Shown piece after piece: positions 34,977-38,434 of a stretch of DNA of 38,434 nucleotides. Position numbers and translations under genes: made by a program. The stretch comes from Azolla caroliniana (lineage: Eukaryota > Plantae > Polypodiophyta), in the NCBI GenBank assembly GCA_043228905.1, contig JBHGNT010000295.1, positions 1 to 38,434 on the forward strand. Reading direction: 5' to 3'. How positions within the stretch are numbered: position 1 is the first letter of the stretch; every line of letters begins with the position of its first letter. The notes below the pieces were generated by a model, which saw only the letters and a list, made by a program, of their open reading frames with translations, was not told where the DNA came from and did not search any database.

Positions 34977-37900
34977 TTATGTATCAATCTCAAACTTGGG
35001 CCTTTTCCTTGGTTCTTGTGGTTCTTTTGAAACACTAGTTTCTTTACTTTGTGAAGATGGCATTTCCATGTGCAATGCTGACTGTTAACGAAAAACAATG
35101 TATCAATTAATAAAGAGGACTGTATTTGAACGGTGAATAAAACTTAAAAAATTGACGTATAGTTAATATCTATGTACCCATACCATATTTGAGTTTGGCC
35201 CGACTGTATCACTAGGTTTACCCAAATCTATCTTCACTGATATTGTTGCTTGGCCCAAATCTATTCCAGAACTCTGTAATGCCCTTGTTAATGTGTCAAG
35301 CAACCTGCTGAGATGATGCCCATTAGAAGAAAAAAACGAAGTTAAACCAACACACAAAACCTTAGAAAATTTCTAAAATCCTAAACACGGAAGAATTCCC
35401 AATTACCCTACCGTCTGTGGCATCATCAGAAGAAAAAAACGAAGTTAAAACAACACATAAAACCTTAGAAAAATTCTAAAATCATAAACACGGAAGAATT
35501 CCCAGTTACCCTAGAGTCTCTCTCTCTCTGGGTTTTCTTTTTCTTCAGGGGTTGGGGGGGGCTAAACAAAATCTGAGGTTGGGCGTTCCCCAAAAAGTAC
35601 AACTTATGAAAAAAATAACATTGCATGAGTCACTCACCCTTGTGAATAAGCACTAGATATGTTAATGACACCACCAAGAATTGCTGGAGGATCTTGGTTA
35701 TTTTCAGCCATTCGCGCATCTTTCGGCCTATCATATTGACACCGTGCTCTTCTTTCTTCTTTGGCCCCATCAGAAACGTGTACTGAACTGTCATCATTAT
35801 TCCCAGAATGCTTTATTGCATCAGGACGGTATAATTCTTTAAGTTGACAGTTGGATCTTTTACTATCCTCCAGTTCGTTATCTGATCTCTGATGATTTGT
35901 AACAGCTAGATTATTCTCCGAACTTCTGAATTTCTCGTGTTCATGATCCAAAGCATAACTTGAAGTTTGAGATGCCAAATGGTTATTTGACTGTTGTAAG
36001 CTAAGCAGAGAGCTCTTGGCCTTGACTTCATCATTGTAAATGCCATGACCAAACATATTATTATTATTAGCAGCACGAAACATAGGAATAGAATTAGCTT
36101 GCTCTGATGTAGATATTATCGATTGATGTTGAGGGAAAGTTAATGATGCAGGTTTAGAGACTAACAATTCAGAGGCTGCAACTGTATTCTCATTTGTTCT
36201 CAGTGGACTTTTTTCCATACATCCATTTGAATCTGAAATTTCCCTTGTGTTATAGTTTAAGGTGGAGACCAATGGAACATATGAACTGTTAGGAGTTGTC
36301 TCTCGATGCCCAGAATTCTTCTGCGATAAGTTCCCACGATAGCCAACATTGTTTAAAAATTAACATATGCACAAACACACTTATAACTTCCATTCAAATG
36401 ATAATTTGGTCACCCACATCCCATGAGATGAGTTTTGTCCTTTCTTGCTGCAATATCCCATGTTCTCCAGTCTCATATCTTTTGACCTTTTCATGCAGCA
36501 TTTGTATGTATTGAATAACCTAGCCAAGCAAGACCATAGGAAAATATGAGACTAAAAACCACAACCTAGACAAGGAAGACATAGAGTACGAGACTAACCA
36601 ATACAATACAGCCAACTAAGACCACCACAGTCTCCCCAAGCAAGACCATAGCAATATACGAAACTATCTACCACTTATACCAATTCAAAAAATCTTACAA
36701 AAGGTCTAGGTTCTACACCACGAAACACACTTAGTACCAGGGTATCGAAATAAGGAACTTCAAGAAGTTACTGTTTATAATAATGCTTGGACGAATTTAT
36801 TGATACCCTAACGATATAGAAAATTGGGGCAATCTTTCACAATGTCATAAAATTTACTTTATTTTTGACGGGCATTACTAGTAACTCTTAATTATTGTAA
36901 CTTGGGAAATTTCTTTCTCATGGAAATAACCGAAAAAATTCAAAATCCTTGCAAAATAGCCGAATGCGATAAAGTGCTCTGTATGTTTTCCTTGCTCGTT
37001 ACTACACACAATAAATGAAAATTTTGAAATAACTAAGTTCTAATTACCTCTAGTAAGAATGAAGCTTTATCCCTTTTCTGGTTGGCATTTGGCAACATTT
37101 GTCGTAGCATCTGAAACCTGCAAGCTTATGGCAGATTTATTGGGAAAAGAGTGCTGAAACAACACAAAATAGTGCACATGGCCTGATAGAATATTATTCA
37201 CCCTATAGGCCACATAATCTCCTCATGCATTTTCTGTGGTACCTGTCATTGATTTTACTTCGTCTTCGTTGTTCTGTGGCAGAATGTTTGGACCTTGGGG
37301 TCATTCCCTTTCCATTGCCATCCATATTCCGCCGCCCTTCCTGTTGTACTGAATCAGCTGGAAACACTAGAAATAGTTATGGCTCGCTACATCCTCTTAC
37401 CTTGATTATGTGTTTCTACAGCATTACTATGAAGCAATTAATGTCGGATTCAAAAATTTGCTATATGTGTTGAAATGCTATTATGAAGCAAGGACAACTG
37501 CATTTAATAATGTGGTTCAAATGCTTTGTTTAGAAAATAAGTGATGAACTTAACCTACACTTTTGAATGTGCTCCTCTTTCCTTGGGTTGCAATTATGTG
37601 TTGAAATGTTATTATGAAGTAAAGACAAATGTGTTGAATAATGTGGTTGAAAAGCTTTGTTTATAGAAATAGTGACTAACTTAACCTACATTTTCGAATG
37701 TGATCCTCTTTCTTTGGGTTGCAACCATATTGATCCATTGATTCATCATCGTCGTCGTCATCATCTTCTGAGAGTGCCTTTATTCTCTTATTGCTATCAG
37801 ATATATCTAAACTCCCTTTTTGCCAGTGCCTTCAAATTTTGCAATATTTTAATGGTAAATGACAGCAGTGTATTCATGCAATGAAAAGAAATGGATACCA

Positions 37901-38194
37901 ATTCTTACTTGTTAAGAGGCATTCCATGTGTAACATGCGATTTTGAAAGAAAATTCACATTTGGAGTCTTGTATTTTGACTGATGGTTTGACGCAATCTC
38001 CAAGGTTCCATTAACAAGAGCATATGGTATTTGCTGCTGGCTACAACTATACTCTAAGGTACTGTTCTGAGTGTTCCCAGCACCGAGTACAAATCCATTA
38101 GGTAACAGATTGAGGCTGTTGCTAGCTATGGGATTTAAGTGCTTCTGCAATGGCTGAAGCAAATCTTGTGTTGTAACACTAGAACTCTGAGATC
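34977..38194 (-). CDS. BIM: BIM-type (BES1-interacting MYC-like) bHLH transcription factor, 3' part (5' exons lie beyond the window)
   Basis: Exons 38194-37909, 37829-37690, 37357-37243, 37117-37048, 36519-36418, 36320-35638, 35304-35184 and 35081-34977 are in frame. bHLH: [52 protein letters not shown]. BIM C-terminal domain: [42 protein letters not shown]. The protein ends RKRPKFEIDT*. Confidence 0.92.
35325..35512. repeat. ~103-bp tandem duplication in a bHLH intron
   Basis: AGAAGAAAAAAACGAAGTTAAA.CAACACA.AAAACCTTAGAAAA..TAAACACGGAAGAATTCCCA.TTACCCTA occurs twice. Confidence 0.9.
37464..37724. repeat. ~131-bp tandem duplication spanning a bHLH exon 3' end and splice donor
   Basis: TATGTGTTGAAATG..TTATGAAG..AATAATGTGGTT..AACTTAACCTACA..GAATGTG.TCCTCTTTC.TTGGGTTGCAA occurs twice. 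Confidence 0.88.
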
Positions 38195-38434
38195 CTGAAA
38201 AACTCACTCACAAACATTAACATGCATACAATTACTTCATTTTCCTTCTATACATAACTTAGGAAATGCTCGACATTGGCACTTTTTAAGCATCACAGGT
38301 CAATCAATTTGTACGTCAAGCTTGGATGTATGAATAAATTACTTCAAACGTGCTTACTAGCGCTACTGCTGAGCATCACAGATCAATTGGTATAACATCA
38401 AAATTGAGATTTATTTATGCTGTAGGAAATGCTT

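Noticed and set aside
1-38434. The five genes as a functional cluster or novel system
   Set aside because: Their functions are unrelated (Fe-S assembly, acyl-CoA redox, trafficking, two transcription factors), and nothing in the sequence supports a shared pathway.

Overview
Eukaryotic, intron-rich land-plant nuclear DNA. It is probably a fern or other seed-free vascular plant; this is an inference from the PLS-type PPR relic, the LINE style and the gene structures. Five protein-coding genes were assembled by hand from splice sites: the 3' part of anamorsin/DRE2 (+), a 3-hydroxybutyryl-CoA dehydrogenase (+, 4 exons), an LLM-domain B-class GATA factor (-), VPS51 (+, 20 exons, 787 aa) and the 3' part of a BIM-type bHLH factor (-). 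Between and inside them lie a decayed PPR pseudogene abutting a LINE remnant, a Ty3/gypsy pol relic, a hAT-like MITE with an 8-bp TSD, microsatellites and many local 50-300 bp tandem duplications. No prokaryote-type system, CRISPR array or clear RNA gene is visible, and I found no convincing new multi-gene system. The most interesting signals are gene-level: a candidate 24-nt micro-exon encoding an EAR-like LDLN motif in the GATA gene, a possible frameshifted vestige of a peroxisomal targeting signal, a GC-AG intron, a frameshifting tandem acceptor in VPS51, and repeated promoter motifs.
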